From the human T2T-CHM13v2.0 reference genome, Homo sapiens: a stretch of DNA of 64,000 nucleotides. This document shows, in pieces, positions 40,061 through 57,941 of the stretch; the first letter of the stretch is position 1; every line of letters begins with the position of its first letter. Made by a program: the position numbers and the translations under genes. Under the pieces are notes generated by a model. It worked only from the letters and a program-made list of their open reading frames with translations, searched no databases and was not told the DNA's origin. The stretch lies in assembly GCF_009914755.1 (NCBI RefSeq), contig NC_060928.1. The stretch is one strand, 5' to 3'.

Positions 40061-41829
40061 CTCATCTGATTTAATAGGTTTCTGTATTTTAAAAATAATG
40101 TACAAGGAATATGTATGTGGAAACACAAGTTGAATTTTATTTTTAAAGGAGAAAGAAACCAAATCTAAAAATGGACAGAATTCATGTAACAAACATTTTA
40201 CAACTAAAAGCTGATGGTCATAACTTTTAAATTTTGGGGAACCTAAAATAATTTTTAAAGGCTTGTCATTAAAATGTATTATTCTATTTGTAAATAATAT
40301 TCATAGAATGTCAACTTTAAATAAAAAGTTGCCTCATCTATTAATATATAGGTGAATATCACAGAATTGACTGACAGGAAGAAATTTATCATGGTAAAAT
40401 TCAGGTTCTAGGGATAGAGTACCTGAGTTTCTGTCTTGGTAAAATTACTTAGGCAAGAGTCTTCTTCTGTGCAAGCTTCGTTTATTTACATCACATGTAA
40501 AATGAGCATAATAATCCAATCTAATTCATTGAGTTGGATGAGGATTACAAAGAATTTATTATGGTAACTGGCCCAGTTTGACTTCCATAAAAATTAGTTT
40601 TTATTATGAGAATGCTAATTTATAGATGGATATTAAGACTAAATAACAAACTTGGAAATGTATATGAAGGCTACTCTCAGTGGGATTCAAGGTTAAAAAG
40701 TTAATGTGGAGTAATTGAAAAAGACTAGGTGGTAGTTAATAAATTTTCACTTATCAAGTTAGCCAGTAATTTAAAGTTTTAGAGTGCCTTGGAACAAAGC
40801 TATAATAAGTGCATATTTTAAAATATTGAGCCATGTCAAACTTCACTTAACATGTGTATTTAAAATTTATTGTGCTGTGACACTTATTGGCACATTTAAT
40901 TAATATCCTATAATGATGCTATGAGGCAAAGTTTTATAGAACAAGTGTTTTATAGACAGTATTCATACTCAATAGAGAATATTTTATTTGTAGTGATATT
41001 CAGTATCAAGACTTATTAATAAATTATTGATAAATTTAAATGTAGCAGATCTCTGATCTCTGGATTGTCACTGCATTCTTATAGAATGTCTTGCAGAGTA
41101 AGAAGATGCAGAAAATTAGATTCATAATTTTTCTTTTATATTATTTTATGGAAAGGTATATAATTTGTTTTACAAATAAGGGCAGGTAAAGGTGGGATAA
41201 AGTAGAATGGATGAGTAAATACAATTGGCATAAATTTAAGGTGTTTTATCATTATACATTGCCCTAAGACCAAGGTGTGAAGGTAACTATTAATACAATT
41301 TATTAAAAACCATAGGGTAGATACATTATAGAGAAAGTCTAGAGTAAAGATTATATGGTGAGTATGGGTAATTTATTTTTTTTCTTTAAGTGTTAAGGAT
41401 TATAATATCCATTTTCTCTTCCTTTTAGTAATAGAACATCATGCATTAATATTTCAAAGTAATTTTCTCTTTAGTGATAAAGAGTGATATCTTTAGTGAT
41501 AGGGAAGTGTTGGTAAAATGAATGAGTATAGGGTGAAGATAATTGTTCTTGTCACCATGCATGCTACTCCTGAAATATGCAACAGAGAATACTTTACAAT
41601 TAACTCATAGTATATTGATAGAATTTCCACAAATTCTAGTTTCGGCTGTAAAAACTGAGGCTTAGAAACGTTCATGTCCAAAATCCAACGTTTTTAAACG
41701 GCTGTGCTGGGATTGAATCCCAGGACTTTCTAGTTCATGTGTGTAATTTCCTACTAAATACTTGGAAAAATATATACGTTAAATTAGCATGGCTTCAGAA
41801 TAATAATCAATGAGTCCAATAAATACTAC

Positions 41830-42260
41830 TGAGTTTTAGTTTTTAATTCTGATTTTACCTTTCAGATATTTTACCTAGTTACAACATTTCATAATTTCTT
41901 TTGCAGTTTGATATGGTCATATGACTGTGTCTACACTAATGGCATAAGAACGCAAGCAATATGTGCAACTTTTGGTTTATCTCATTGTATTCGATTCTTT
42001 CATCAAACAAAAGGTTAGAATACAGATTTAATAGTGCTTTATTTTGGACCATGAGGACCAGGACAAGATCTTGGGGATGGTAAATGCATAAGAAGAGGGA
42101 AAGTGCTTTAGTTCTGGAAGAACATTCTAGATCTCAGCCAACATAACTTGGAGATATGAGAAAGACAAGTAAGCATCTATCTTATTTCAGCCACTGAATG
42201 CCCCATTCTCATTATTACTACATGCATTTCCATACATATCCTATATGCTAACTAATGTAG
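41830..42260 (+). mobile_element. Old ERVL LTR (LTR33/LTR16-like)
   Basis: ttttgcagtttgatatggtcatatgactgtg...catctatcttatttcagccactg. Confidence 0.45.
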
Positions 42261-42735
42261 AAGCAAGAAACCAGAACAGAAAGAAGGATACAACTTTAAT
42301 TCAAGCAAGAGATCAGAATTCAATTCATGTAAATCAAGAGAAGTAGGTGGCAAATAGAAGGTAGATAAAGAATTTGAGAAGGAAATGAACTGAAGATGTC
42401 TATGAGAACTGAAGACCGGCGACACATGTTGCTTATAAACACAAAGAGCCCACCTTGGGCTACAGGTACGAAGAGGAAATAGAGAACCATAGGAGATTTA
42501 CTCCTTTTCAGTTAGCTCAGAGAAATTAGGGTGAAGATGAGGAAAATAATAATTGAGAAAGTTTTTTCCTCTTAAAAAGATAAGCAAATGGATGAGAATC
42601 AGCTTGGCTAAATATCAGCCAAGTGCAGGGGAAAGAATTGATGCCTATGTAAACATGAAGAATTCTTCACAAATCTATTCATTCAGGAACTTATTTATTC
42701 AAAAAACTTTTGTTTTGGAGTTTTTTTTTAAATTT

Positions 42736-43045
42736 TGGTTTGTTTATTTGTTTGTTTGTTTTTAGAGGTAGGGTCTCACTCTCTTGCCCAGGCTGGAGTG
42801 CAGTAGCACAAACATAACTCATTGTAAACTCCTCCTCCCAAGTTCAAGTGATCCTCACACCTCAGCCTCCTAAGTAGTTGGGATTACAGTTGCACACCAC
42901 CATGCCTGGATAATTTTTTATTTTTTGTAGAGACAGAGATCTCACTATGCTGCCTAGGCTTGCCTTGAAGTCCTAGACTCAAGCGATCCTCCCACATCAG
43001 TCACCCAAATTGCTGGGAATACAGATATGAGCCACTGTGCCAGCC
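42736..43045 (-). mobile_element. AluJ
   Basis: Antisense dimer with (gttt)n tail; ctcaagcgatcctcccac; ends ctgtgccagcc. Confidence 0.9.
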
Positions 43046-45264
43046 TCAAAGGCTTAAGTAGTATGGCCTCAGGTTACATTGTCTCACCTGAATTACAAAA
43101 TAGTTTCGAACCTCAGTTTTAGCACATAAAAAAAGAGTGGTTTTAAGAATTTGATAAAATCCTATAGAAAGTAGATGACAAAAAAACGCTGTGATTATTT
43201 TTGTTGATACCTTTGCTACAGAAAATGAGGTAGCTAATTCTCTGCAGTATCTGACATTTTCAAAGTGGAATGTGGTAGTTTATCTGTGCTTTGAAAGATA
43301 AGTAGATATCTTTCAAGAAGAGAGCAGGATAGGACTTCCAAATTGAAGAAAGATTATACTTAAAGGCAGGAAGCCATATAAGAACACCATATATAATGGA
43401 AATAAATAGAGATTTACTAAGTTTGGAACATAGGTGACAAAATAAGAAATAATCAAATAGGCTGATATAAAAAATTTCTAAAAACCATTGATTAACAATT
43501 ACAGATATTACACATAATTGTATACATTTTTAAAAGCAGTTTTTTTTAAAAAAAAGATTGACATAAAAGATGTTTTATTCAAAGAAATTCAAGATTCTGT
43601 ACATCAGGAAAAACAGAAAAGAGTGAGACCAGCTATTGAGAAATTAAACAAAAGGCTGTTGCAAGTGATTAGGCAAGAGAAAATGTCTAAGTTAAATCAG
43701 CGAAAGTAGATGTACATAAAATACGGCATTCTAGTAACTAGAATCACAAATTTAGAAACTGGGGAAGGAACAGGTTTGTGGAAGAGAAGTGAGTTGAAGT
43801 TTTATAGTGACAAGATTTTGGTAAGAGTTTAGAGGAAAATGTGTGTCTCAGGTATATATCCTTAAAATAAAATACTGCATTTGTGAGTAACATAAGTTTC
43901 TCTCGTATTTGTGTTATATTGACCATCTCATATATTTGTATACCTCTTCAGAAGGAGTTTGTGTATGGAACAGCTGCTCACTCTCAAGAGAGTATTTTGA
44001 TGTCAGTGGAAAGAGCTCATTACATTAAAAATGAATAGCTCAGGCAGTGTGCTCAATGCTAGGGATAGAACTAGAAACAAATTGGATATGGTCCCTGCAT
44101 TCATGAAGCTGAGAGTCTTAGAGGGAAATAGACTAAGAGAAATTTCTGTCAAGGTACAATCATAACCTATGGTGGGAAGAACTGGAAGGTGAAGCCTTTG
44201 CGTGGTAAGTGGGATCATATAACTATTTTGTTCAGTTGTGCTCTCTTTATAACATTCCTTGCTATGTATTCACAATTACATTTTATTTGGGAAAATTAAA
44301 ATTCAGAGAATGCAAAGTTACAAACAGATAGTCTGTAATTCAATCCTCAGTCTTTCCAGTTAGAAAAAAAATATAAGATCAGGAAGCTACTGACATCATT
44401 ATGAAAAAAAAGTTCCCTAAATAAACCCAGATATGCCCCTTCTAATTGACCTCTCTCTGATGGAAGTGAAGTGAGTACCTTCCAATACAAAAGACTGGTA
44501 CCCAGGAAGAACAGGAGAAAGAAAAGAGCCACTCATCAAATTTAGAAAGGCTTGATGGAGCAGCAGTGAGAGTAGAAAGAAGAAAAAGACTGGCATTTTG
44601 GGAGTCCATTTGCTTTGAAAACCTTTTTTTTTTCAATCCACAGTGGCCTAGTCCTGAGAATTTCCAAAGCAGTTCAGTCTAATACCAAGTTAACATTCTA
44701 TATAAAATCCTAAAATCAATATGACATAAGTAAATGTTAACTAAGAAAGAAAACAAAACTTGTTCACTTAATCCATACATTAATAAAAATAATTATTTAT
44801 AGAAAGAAGGAGAGACCAAGGGTGAATAAGTAAGGGTAGAATGGAATCCTGCCAGAATACACTTTGTGACAGTCTTGGTTTAGAAAACATACAAATGTTT
44901 CACATATTTACAAAGAAAATTTAAATTTACAGAAGCAAACTCCTCCCAAAATTGAAAAGAAATATAACAAATAAACCTAACTATATATAAGGTAGTGACA
45001 TAGCCACATAGAGGAATAAATTACTTTAAGTGAGTTTACAGTAAATTAGAAGCCCAAAGAAATATAAATATTATTTGGGAGTCTAAGTGTTGGAGTAAAA
45101 TTAGTATTACTCTTTTAAATTAACTGATTATTTAGAATAATGCAAATGAGTAAATATGTTAATTCTCTTATGGACCAATATTTTCAATTCAAAGAAATAA
45201 GATCAAGATCAAATAAGCGTACCTTAAATCCCATAATATTCAATTGATTTAAAAATACTATTAT

Positions 45265-45657
<393 letters not shown>

Positions 45658-47473
45658 TCATGAAAAGCCTTCTAAAAGAGTATGGAACTGATGCAGATGA
45701 GGTAAGAATTCAGAGATGTAATAAAAGCACCCATTAAATTCTAGAGTATTTATTTTAAATCCAATATTTAGAAATGCTTAGGCAAGTTTACTTTAAATTT
45801 TAAAGAAAATTGTCAAAAATGACAATTAACAAAAGAGTAGATACCTTTTTCCCAAATTGAATCAGCAAAATATTGCTTAAGCTATTAATTGAAAATACAT
45901 TTTTAAGTCAAATTAGATTTTGATAAGTATAAAGCAGTCTGTAACTATGTTAAAAGTCAGTTCTTTTGAAATTCTCTAATAAGTTTTATTGAGTAATGTT
46001 TGCAGAGGTGGGCGATGTGTGTGAGCAAGAGCAAATTCATAAAAAGGAAATAAAAATGGAGTTAAGTATCTAAGATTTGTTTTTAATTGATTTTTAGGGT
46101 TTCTGGGTTGGTTTTTGTTGTTCTTTTCTGAAATAATAAATGTGTTAATTTTTCTTTTCTTAGAAATAAGGAAGTCAGTCTTTTAAAAAGATCTACTTAT
46201 ATGGTGTCATGTTGATGCTATTATAATACCACGGACATACTGATAGATTTATTTAGCATTGTTTAGAAGAAATCTGAGGTCCACACTATTAAAACTTTTT
46301 TTTATTTTTAGGATAAAAAATGTTAGATTGCAGGCACAAAAATCTAATGTTTAAATAATTGATGTATTTATTAATGTACTGCTTATGTAACAATTGAAAA
46401 CCTCAGAACTACAGAGTAATATTTAAGCTCAACTGGAAGCCTGTGAACATCAGAGTTCCACGCCGATTCAAGGATTCCTGACAGATTTTTATTTATTTTT
46501 AATAGAGTAGCAAAAACATTTAACAGAACTCAGGGTGATTTTCAGTATGTCTCTCACACAACGTTAGTACTTCATGAGAACTGCAGGCATCTGTGAGGCA
46601 ATCATTTTGCTTTCACTTTTTTCCCAATTCACTTTGTCTAAAATGACTTGACACAATGTAAATTTACTTTATTACACTTACAAATATAAAAAGAATGGTC
46701 CTTCTTATTTTACGAAATAGTTTCCCCTTTCCCATATATCTTTCCAAACTGACAAAAAGAATGCATATTAGAGTCAGTGTTAATCTCACATTCCTCTAAA
46801 CTTTCATTCAGGTAAACACATAAATCTGCATATTGTAGTTACTACAAATCTGTAAAGGTTAATTTAGACATAATTTTTAACATATCATTTGCTAGACATG
46901 AAAAGCAATGCAATGATCATTTTGATTCCATTTATGCTCTCTCTCTCCAGAAATCTCCTATCAAAATTTTTTCAGATTCTGTGATCTGTATATAATTTTT
47001 TAAAGGTTTCTATTTGTCTTCCCAGTACCATCTTCCATCAATGTAGTATGTTTCAATAATATTGACTTTTTTCTTATTTTACAAAAAGTGTTTAGTAAAA
47101 GTTAATGAAAATTTAAGATATCTTAAAATAAACTATTTGAAAAAATGTTTATCCTTTTGTTACACGTATTATTTTGAGGCTTTCATAATGCATAGTGCTA
47201 TATTTTCAATCTGTTAAAGCAGTGTGTACTTTATGGTTAAAATACTTTACGTAATTTGTGTTCCTATATTACTAGTATCTTTGGTAAATTATTAATTAAT
47301 CTCTGCCTTTCTTTAAATTAATGTTTTGAAAATACTAATTCTATATAAAAAAATTCCCCTTAAGTCTGTTCGTTTTTAGAATACATATCAATTTTTATGT
47401 TAAGGTTTTGAAACAAACATGTTTCTATCTGACATTTGTTATATAAAACATTAAGAAAATAAATGATAATTGT

Positions 47474-47763
47474 GGGCTACATGTGGTGGTCCATGCCTGT
47501 ATTCCCAGCAATTTAGGAAACCGAGGAGGTAGTGTCGCTTGAGCCCAGGAGTGCAAGACCAGCCTGGACAACATGGTGACCCCCTGTCTCTCTAAAAAAG
47601 TCAAAAAATTAGTCGGGTGTGATGGTGTGCACCTGTGGTCCCAGCTACTTGGGAGGCTCAGGCGGGAGGGTCGCTTGAGCTAAGGAGATCAAGGCTGCAG
47701 TGAGCCATGTTCCTGCCCTTGCACTCCAGCCTGAGCAACAAAGCAAGAGTCTATCCCAAAAAA
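47474..47763 (+). mobile_element. AluJ
   Basis: cgcttgagcccaggag...caaggctgcagtgagccatg. Confidence 0.88.
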
Positions 47764-48544
47764 TATATATATTATATACATAGTTGATATTTTTCTTACA
47801 GCTAAAAAAAAACTTTTATGAGTTACCTAAGAAAACACAAAATTGAGTGATAAGACTTCAACTTTTTAGTATTATACCAGAAATTAATTTTAATACCACA
47901 GAAGTCACAATTTTCCAAGTTCTCCATTTTCACAGATAAAAAATTAGAGTTTGAATAGAAGATAGCTAAGTCCTTGAGAGTTTTAAATTTTTAAAAATTA
48001 TTTTGTTAATATTACCTACCTATACCATACTAAGTGAATATTACAAAATTGGACATTAATTTAAATATTACTATATTTGCACAACTTATTTGCCTACTGT
48101 TCAGGCTTCTGTCATGGTTACTCTACCAAGAGCTCAAAACAAAATGCTTCTGGTTTTTATTCAGGTATCAAAAAGTGTTATTTTTTATAATATCGTTATT
48201 TCCTTTTAGAAAACTGAATATTACTATCTATTTTATCTACTTGTTTAAAAATTATGTTTGAGAATGTGGCTGGGAAATTTCTGTATGTTTTTAAGGACTG
48301 ATCATTAGGAAAATATTAAAATATTAATCGCATTTAAAGAAATATAGAATATATGTAATATTTTATAACTTTTTTATAGCATTACAACTATTTTTGTGCA
48401 TTCTTTTTCTCCTCTGAGAAAGAGTAAACATGTCTAATTCTTTTCTTCAGATACCATAGCACTCACGGCGAGCACTAAATGTACACTTAAACAATAACAT
48501 AATTAATTTGGTATTGCTTGTTTCTCTTGCAGGGTAAGTTAAAA

Positions 48545-48589
48545 GAAAGGAAGGAAGGAAGAATAGAAGGAAGGAAGGAAAGAAGGAAG
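48545..48589. repeat. (GGAA)n-like microsatellite
   Basis: aaggaaggaaggaagaatagaaggaaggaaggaaagaaggaag. Confidence 0.8.
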
Positions 48590-49002
48590 CTTCTTTCTAT
48601 ATCTTAAAACTTTCCTTTTTTTAAATTCAATTGTTTCCGAACTGGGAAAACAAAATAAAATGAAACAAAATATATCCTCCCTCAATATACTGCTCTCCAT
48701 TCTAATTCCAGTTCAGACTCTTCTTTACTGGGCATTAGCCCTGAACCTGCCAAAGTTCAAGACTTGCAGAGGCTAACAAGGCTATGTCCAAGAATCACAT
48801 CACTTCACCAGGCCTAAAGGAGAAGAAGCAGACTCTGGAATCAAAGGGGAAGATAAGAGGTGCAGGCACTTCCTCCATCACTCGCCACTTTATTTATTAC
48901 ATCCATGCCTCAAGGGATGCATTTAAAATTTAGTTCTATCATCCCCTTTGGGAAGGATAGTTAGAGATTGAGGAAAATAATGTTCTTCCACAAAGCTCTA
49001 GA

Positions 49003-49150
49003 TCAGTGGTTTTCAACCTTGGTTTCACTTGTAACCACCTGGGGAATGTTAAGCAAATACCATCTCCCAATCCCCTCACACAGAAAATATGAGAAAATTA
49101 GTCTGGGAGGGACACCAGTATTCATATATGTAGTCTTTTTGACAATTACT
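49003..49150 (+). mobile_element. MER5-type hAT fragment
   Basis: cagtggttttcaaccttggtttcacttgtaaccacctgggga. Confidence 0.55.
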
Positions 49151-49575
49151 GTCTAACTTGGGAGCTCTCTGGAACAGTTTTCAAAAATATGATAAAATAA
49201 TCTGAGGACAATTTGAAAGAACCGTAACTGAAACACATTACTTTTATGCTTGCCTTATTCAATATAGTATGTATGGGCATGATTTCAACTTTTTTTTAAT
49301 GACCCATTACAAATGTTTTGGAATTATCCACATGATCTTGAATGTTTCAAATTTGAGCAGAAATAACTACTGAATCACTGAAAGTGAAATGTGGGTATCT
49401 AAGAGATGTTATGTGTGTTTACACAAGTCCTGTCTTGTGTGCAGATTTTATCCAGTAAGAATCTATTTTCACCTCAGATTCCATTTATCAAAAAGAACCT
49501 ATTATATTCATCCTCATCATTACATTATGGTTAAAAGCAGAATATAAAACATTAGAAAATACAGATTGTGGTGTC

Positions 49576-51128
49576 AGGAGGCAGAGCAAGTTGATAGAAT
49601 AGAAGGCTTCACTAATCATTCCCCTAAGAAGGTCACCAATTTAGCAACTATCTACATGTAGTAAAACACCTTCATGAAAACAAAAATCAGATGAGCTCTT
49701 ATAAAACCTGATGATAACTTTGTATAGCTGAAAGACACACTGAAGAAATAGAAAAACCAGCCTCGGATCACAAATGCCACTGTTCCCCCATGCCCTAGCA
49801 GTGTCAACATGGTGCAGAGTGTGTCCCAGAGCACTGGGGGAGGAAGAACACAACAACTGTGAGACATTGAACCCAGTGCTGTCCTGTTAGAGCAGAAAGG
49901 AAAACTGGAGGAAACTCAGCTGGCAGCTACCCACAGAGGAAGCATTAAAACCAGTTCTAGCCAGGGGGGAATTGCCAACCGCATGGGTCCAAACTTGAGT
50001 TCCTGGCAAATTTCAAAACCAAAGGCTAGAGTGTTCTGGATCTCTAAGTAAACTTGAAGGGAAGTCTAGGTCACAAGGATTGCAACTCTTAAGCAAGTCC
50101 TGGTGCTGAAGTGGGCCTGGAAACACTGGACTGGGGAAGCACGTGACTGCTGAGATACCAAGGGGGGTGGCTAAAGGAGTGCTGGCATCAACCATCCCCT
50201 AACCCAAGGCTGCAGAGCACATAGCTTCATAGCTTATCCACTTGAGAGGAGAGAAAGTAGTGGGGAAAACTTTGTTCTGCACTTTGGCTCAGCCATAGCA
50301 GGATAGGGAACTGGTCAGAGTTATGAGGTGCCCATTACAGGCCTTAGATCCGAGACAACATTTCTAGACACACCCTGGGCCAGAAAGGCACCACTGCCTT
50401 GAAAGGAAGGGCCAGTCCCTGGCAGCATCTATCACCTGCTAACTGAAGAGCCCTTATGCCCTAAATAACAAACCTTGATACTCAGGTACTACATCAAGGG
50501 TCTCAGGTGAGCCTCCAAAAGTTGCTGGCTTCAGGTACCATCACAGCCACAAGGGCGTAGAGCACCAAGTGGGCACTTGGGGGTCCCTGATTCCAAGATG
50601 TGACTCTTAGCATCTCTGGACCTGCCCTGGGCCAAAGGGGAGGCCACCATCCTAAAGGGTTAGTCCTAGGCCAGGCAGCTTTCACCACAAGCTGACTTAA
50701 GAGCCCTTGGGCCTTACAGGAACATTGGTGGTAGTCTGGGAGTACTCCCAGTGACTGTGACATATGGTCACTGGGTGAGGCTCCTCTGCCTTTGAAAAGG
50801 GGAGGAAAGATTGGGAAGAACTATGTCTTATGGTTTGAGCAAAGTCTTAGCTGCAGTACAGTAGAGTGCCAGGTTGACTTCTAAGGTTTTCCAGGAGTTG
50901 CTGACTCCTGAACAGCACCTCTGTACACACCTGGGGCTTTGGGGACCTCATCACCCCGGAAGACACAGGACTGCCTGGCTTTGCCACCTGCTGACTATAG
51001 CGCCCCTGGACATTGAGCAAACATAGGCAGTAGCAAGGAAGTAGCAACAGCAGGCCTTGGAAGAGACCCAGCACTGTGCTAACTTCAAGTCTAACCCAGC
51101 ACAGTCATAGTGGTGGTGGTCACAGGGT
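49576..51128 (+). mobile_element. L1MA2-like element, 5'UTR portion
   Basis: gaggcagagcaagttgatagaatagaaggc start; GC-richer L1M1-type 5'UTR. Confidence 0.7.
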
Positions 51129-51780
51129 TGTGGAGAAAAAGAAACACTTAGACACTGTTGGTGGCAGTATAAATCAGTTCAACCATTGTGGAAGCTAGTG
51201 TGGTGACTTCTCAAAAATCTAAAAACAGAAACATCATTTGACTCAGAAATTCCATTAATGAGTATATACTCAAAGGAATATAAATCATTCTATCATAAAG
51301 ACACATGCACGCATATGTTACTTGCAGCACTATTCACAATACCAAAGACATAGAATCAACCTAAATGTCCATTAATTGTAGATTGGATGAAGAATATGTG
51401 ATTTATATATATCATGAAACACTACATAGCCATAAAAAAAAAAGAGATCATGTCCTTTGCAGGAACATGGATGGAGCTAGAGGTCATTATCTCTAGCAAA
51501 CTAACACAGGAACAGAAAACCAAATACCATATGTTCTCACTTATAAGTGAGAGCTAAATGATGAGGACACATGGACATATAGAGGGGAGAAACACACACT
51601 GGGGCCTACTGGAGGGTGCAGGGTGGGAGGAAGGAGAGAATCTGGAAAACTACTGGATACTATGTCTAATACCTGGGTGATGAAATAATCTGCACAAAAA
51701 AATTCCCATGACACAAGTTTACCAATCTAACAAATCTGAACATGAACAGTTGAACTTAAAAGTAAAATTAAAAATAAATT
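51129..51780 (+). mobile_element. L1PA15/16-like 3' fragment with A-rich tail
   Basis: aaggaatataaatcattctatcataaagacac...cctgggtgatgaaataatctg...cccatgacacaagtttacc...gaacttaaaag. Confidence 0.8.
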
Positions 51781-52189
51781 CAAGCCCAGCGTGAGCAACG
51801 CAGAAGACAGGTGATTTCTGCATTTCCAACTGAGGTACCAGGTTCATCTCACTGGGGTGTGCCAGACGGTGGGTGCAGGACAGTGGGTGGAGTGCACCAT
51901 GCGCGAGCTGAAGCAGGGAGAGGCATCGCCTCACCCGGGAAGTGCAAGGGGTCAGGAAATTCCCTTTCCCAGTCAAAGAAAGGGGTGACAGATGGCACCT
52001 GGAAAATCGGGTCACTCCCACCCTAACACTGCGCTTTCCTGATGGGGTTAAAAAATGGCACACCAGGAGATTATATCCTGCACATGGCTCGGAGGGTCCT
52101 ATGCCCACGGAGTCTCGCTCATGGCTAGCATAGCAGTCTGAGATGAAACTGCAAGGCGGCAGCGAGGCTGGGGGAGAGGCGCCCGCCAT
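51719..52189 (-). CDS. L1 antisense ORF0 homologue, extended to 156 aa (translation unproven)
   Basis: MAGASPPASLPPCSFISDCYASHERDSVGIGPSEP...RVGVTRFSRC matches ORF0p; ATG at 52189 in context gcaATGg. Confidence 0.5.
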   Translation of the reverse strand: MAGASPPASLPPCSFISDCYASHERDSVGIGPSEPCAGYNLLVCHFLTPSGKRSVRVGVTRFSRCHLSPLSLTGKGNFLTPCTSRVRRCLSLLQLAHGALHPLSCTHRLAHPSEMNLVPQLEMQKSPVFCVAHAGLEFIFNFTFKFNCSCSDLLDW

Positions 52190-52768
52190 TGCCGAGACTT
52201 GATTAGGTAAACAAAGCGGCCAGGAAGCTTGAACTGGGTGGAGCCCACCACAGCTCAAGGAGGCCTGCCTGCCTCTGTAGGCTCCACCTCTGGGGGCAGG
52301 GCACAGACAAAAAAAAAGATAGCAGTAACCTCTGCAGACTTAAATGTCCCTGTCTGACAGCTTTGAAGAGAGTAGTGGTTCTCCCAGCACGCAGCTTGAG
52401 ATCTGAGAACGGGCAGACTGCCTCCTCAAGTGGGTCCCTGACCCCCGAGTAGCCTAACTGGGAGGCACACCCCAGTAGGGGTGGACTGACACCTCACATG
52501 GCTGGGTACTACTCCTCTGAGACAAAACTTCCAGAGGAACGATCAGGCAGCAGCATTTGCGGTTCACCAATATCCACTGTTCTGCAGCCACCACTGCTGA
52601 TACCCAGGCACACAGGGTCTGGAGTGGACCTCTAGCAAACTCCAACAGACCTGCAGCTGAGGGTCCTGTCTGTTAGAAGGAAAACTAACAAACAGGAAGG
52701 ACATCCACACCAAAAACCCATCTGTACGTCACCATCATCAAAGACCAAAGGTAGATAAAACCACAAAG

Positions 52769-53782
52769 ATGGGGAAAAAACAGAGCAGAGAAACTGGAAA
52801 CTCTAAAAATCAGAGCACCTCTCCTCCTCCAAAGGAATGCGGTTCCTCACCAGCAATGGAACAAAGCTGGATGGAGAATGACTTTGACGAGTTGAGAGAA
52901 GAAGGCTTCAGACGATCAAACTACTACAAGCTACAGGACGAAGTTCGAACCAATGGCAAAGAAGTTAAAAACTTTGAAAAAAAATTAGACAAATGGATGA
53001 CTAGAATAACCAACTCAGAGAAATCATTAAAGGACCTGATGGAGCTGAAAACCAAGGCATGAGAACTACATGATGAATGAAGAAGCCTCAGCAGCTTATG
53101 CGATCAACTGGAAGAAAGGGTATCAGTGATGGAAGACGAAATGAATAAAATGAAGCCAGAAGAGAAGTTTAGAGAAAAAAGAATGAAAAGAAATGAACAA
53201 AGCCTCTAAGAAATATGGGACTATGTGGAAAGACCAAATCTACATCTGATTGGTGTACCTGAAAGTGACAGGGAGAATGGAACCAAGTTGGAAAACACTC
53301 TGCAGGATATTATCCAGGAGAACTTCCCCAATCTAGCAAGGCAGGCCAAAATTCAAATTCAGGAAACAGAATGCCACAGAGATACTCCTCGAGAAGAGCA
53401 ACTCCAAGACATATAATTGTCAGATTCACCAAAGTTGAAATGAAGGAAAAAATGTTAAGGGCAGCCAGAGAGAAAGATTGGGTTACCCACAAAGGGAAGC
53501 CCATCAGACTAACAGCTGATCTTTCAGCAGAAACTCTACAAGCCTGAAGAGAGTGGGGGCTAATATTCAACATTCTTAAAGAAAAGAATTTTCAACCCAG
53601 AATTTCAAATCCAGCCAAACTAAGCTTCATAAGTGAAGGAGAAATAAAACACTTTACAGACAAGCAAATGCTGAGAGCTTTTTGTCACCACCAGCCCTGC
53701 CCTAAAAGAGCTCCTAAAAGAAGCACTAAACATGGAAAGGAACAACTGGTACCAGCCACTGCAAAAACATGCCAAATTGTAA
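52769..53782 (+). pseudogene. L1 ORF1, disrupted
   Basis: MGKKQSRETGNSKNQS... start; stop at 53060-53062; later stops and frameshifts. Confidence 0.93.
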
Positions 53783-53844
53783 AGACCATCAGGGCTAGGA
53801 AGAAACTGCATCAACTAATGAAAAAATAGCCAGCTGATATCATA

Positions 53845-57706
<3,862 letters not shown>

Positions 57707-57941
57707 ACAATGAGAACACATGGACACAGGAAGGGGAACATCACACACCGGGGTCTGTTGTGGGGTGGGTGGAGGGGGAGGGATGGCAATAGGAGATATA
57801 CCTAATGTAAATGATGAGTTAATAGGTGCAGCACACCAACATGGCACATGTATACATATGTAACAAACCTGCATGTTGTGCACATGCACCCTAGAACTTA
57901 AAGTATAATAATAATTTTAAAAATACATATATATATTATTG

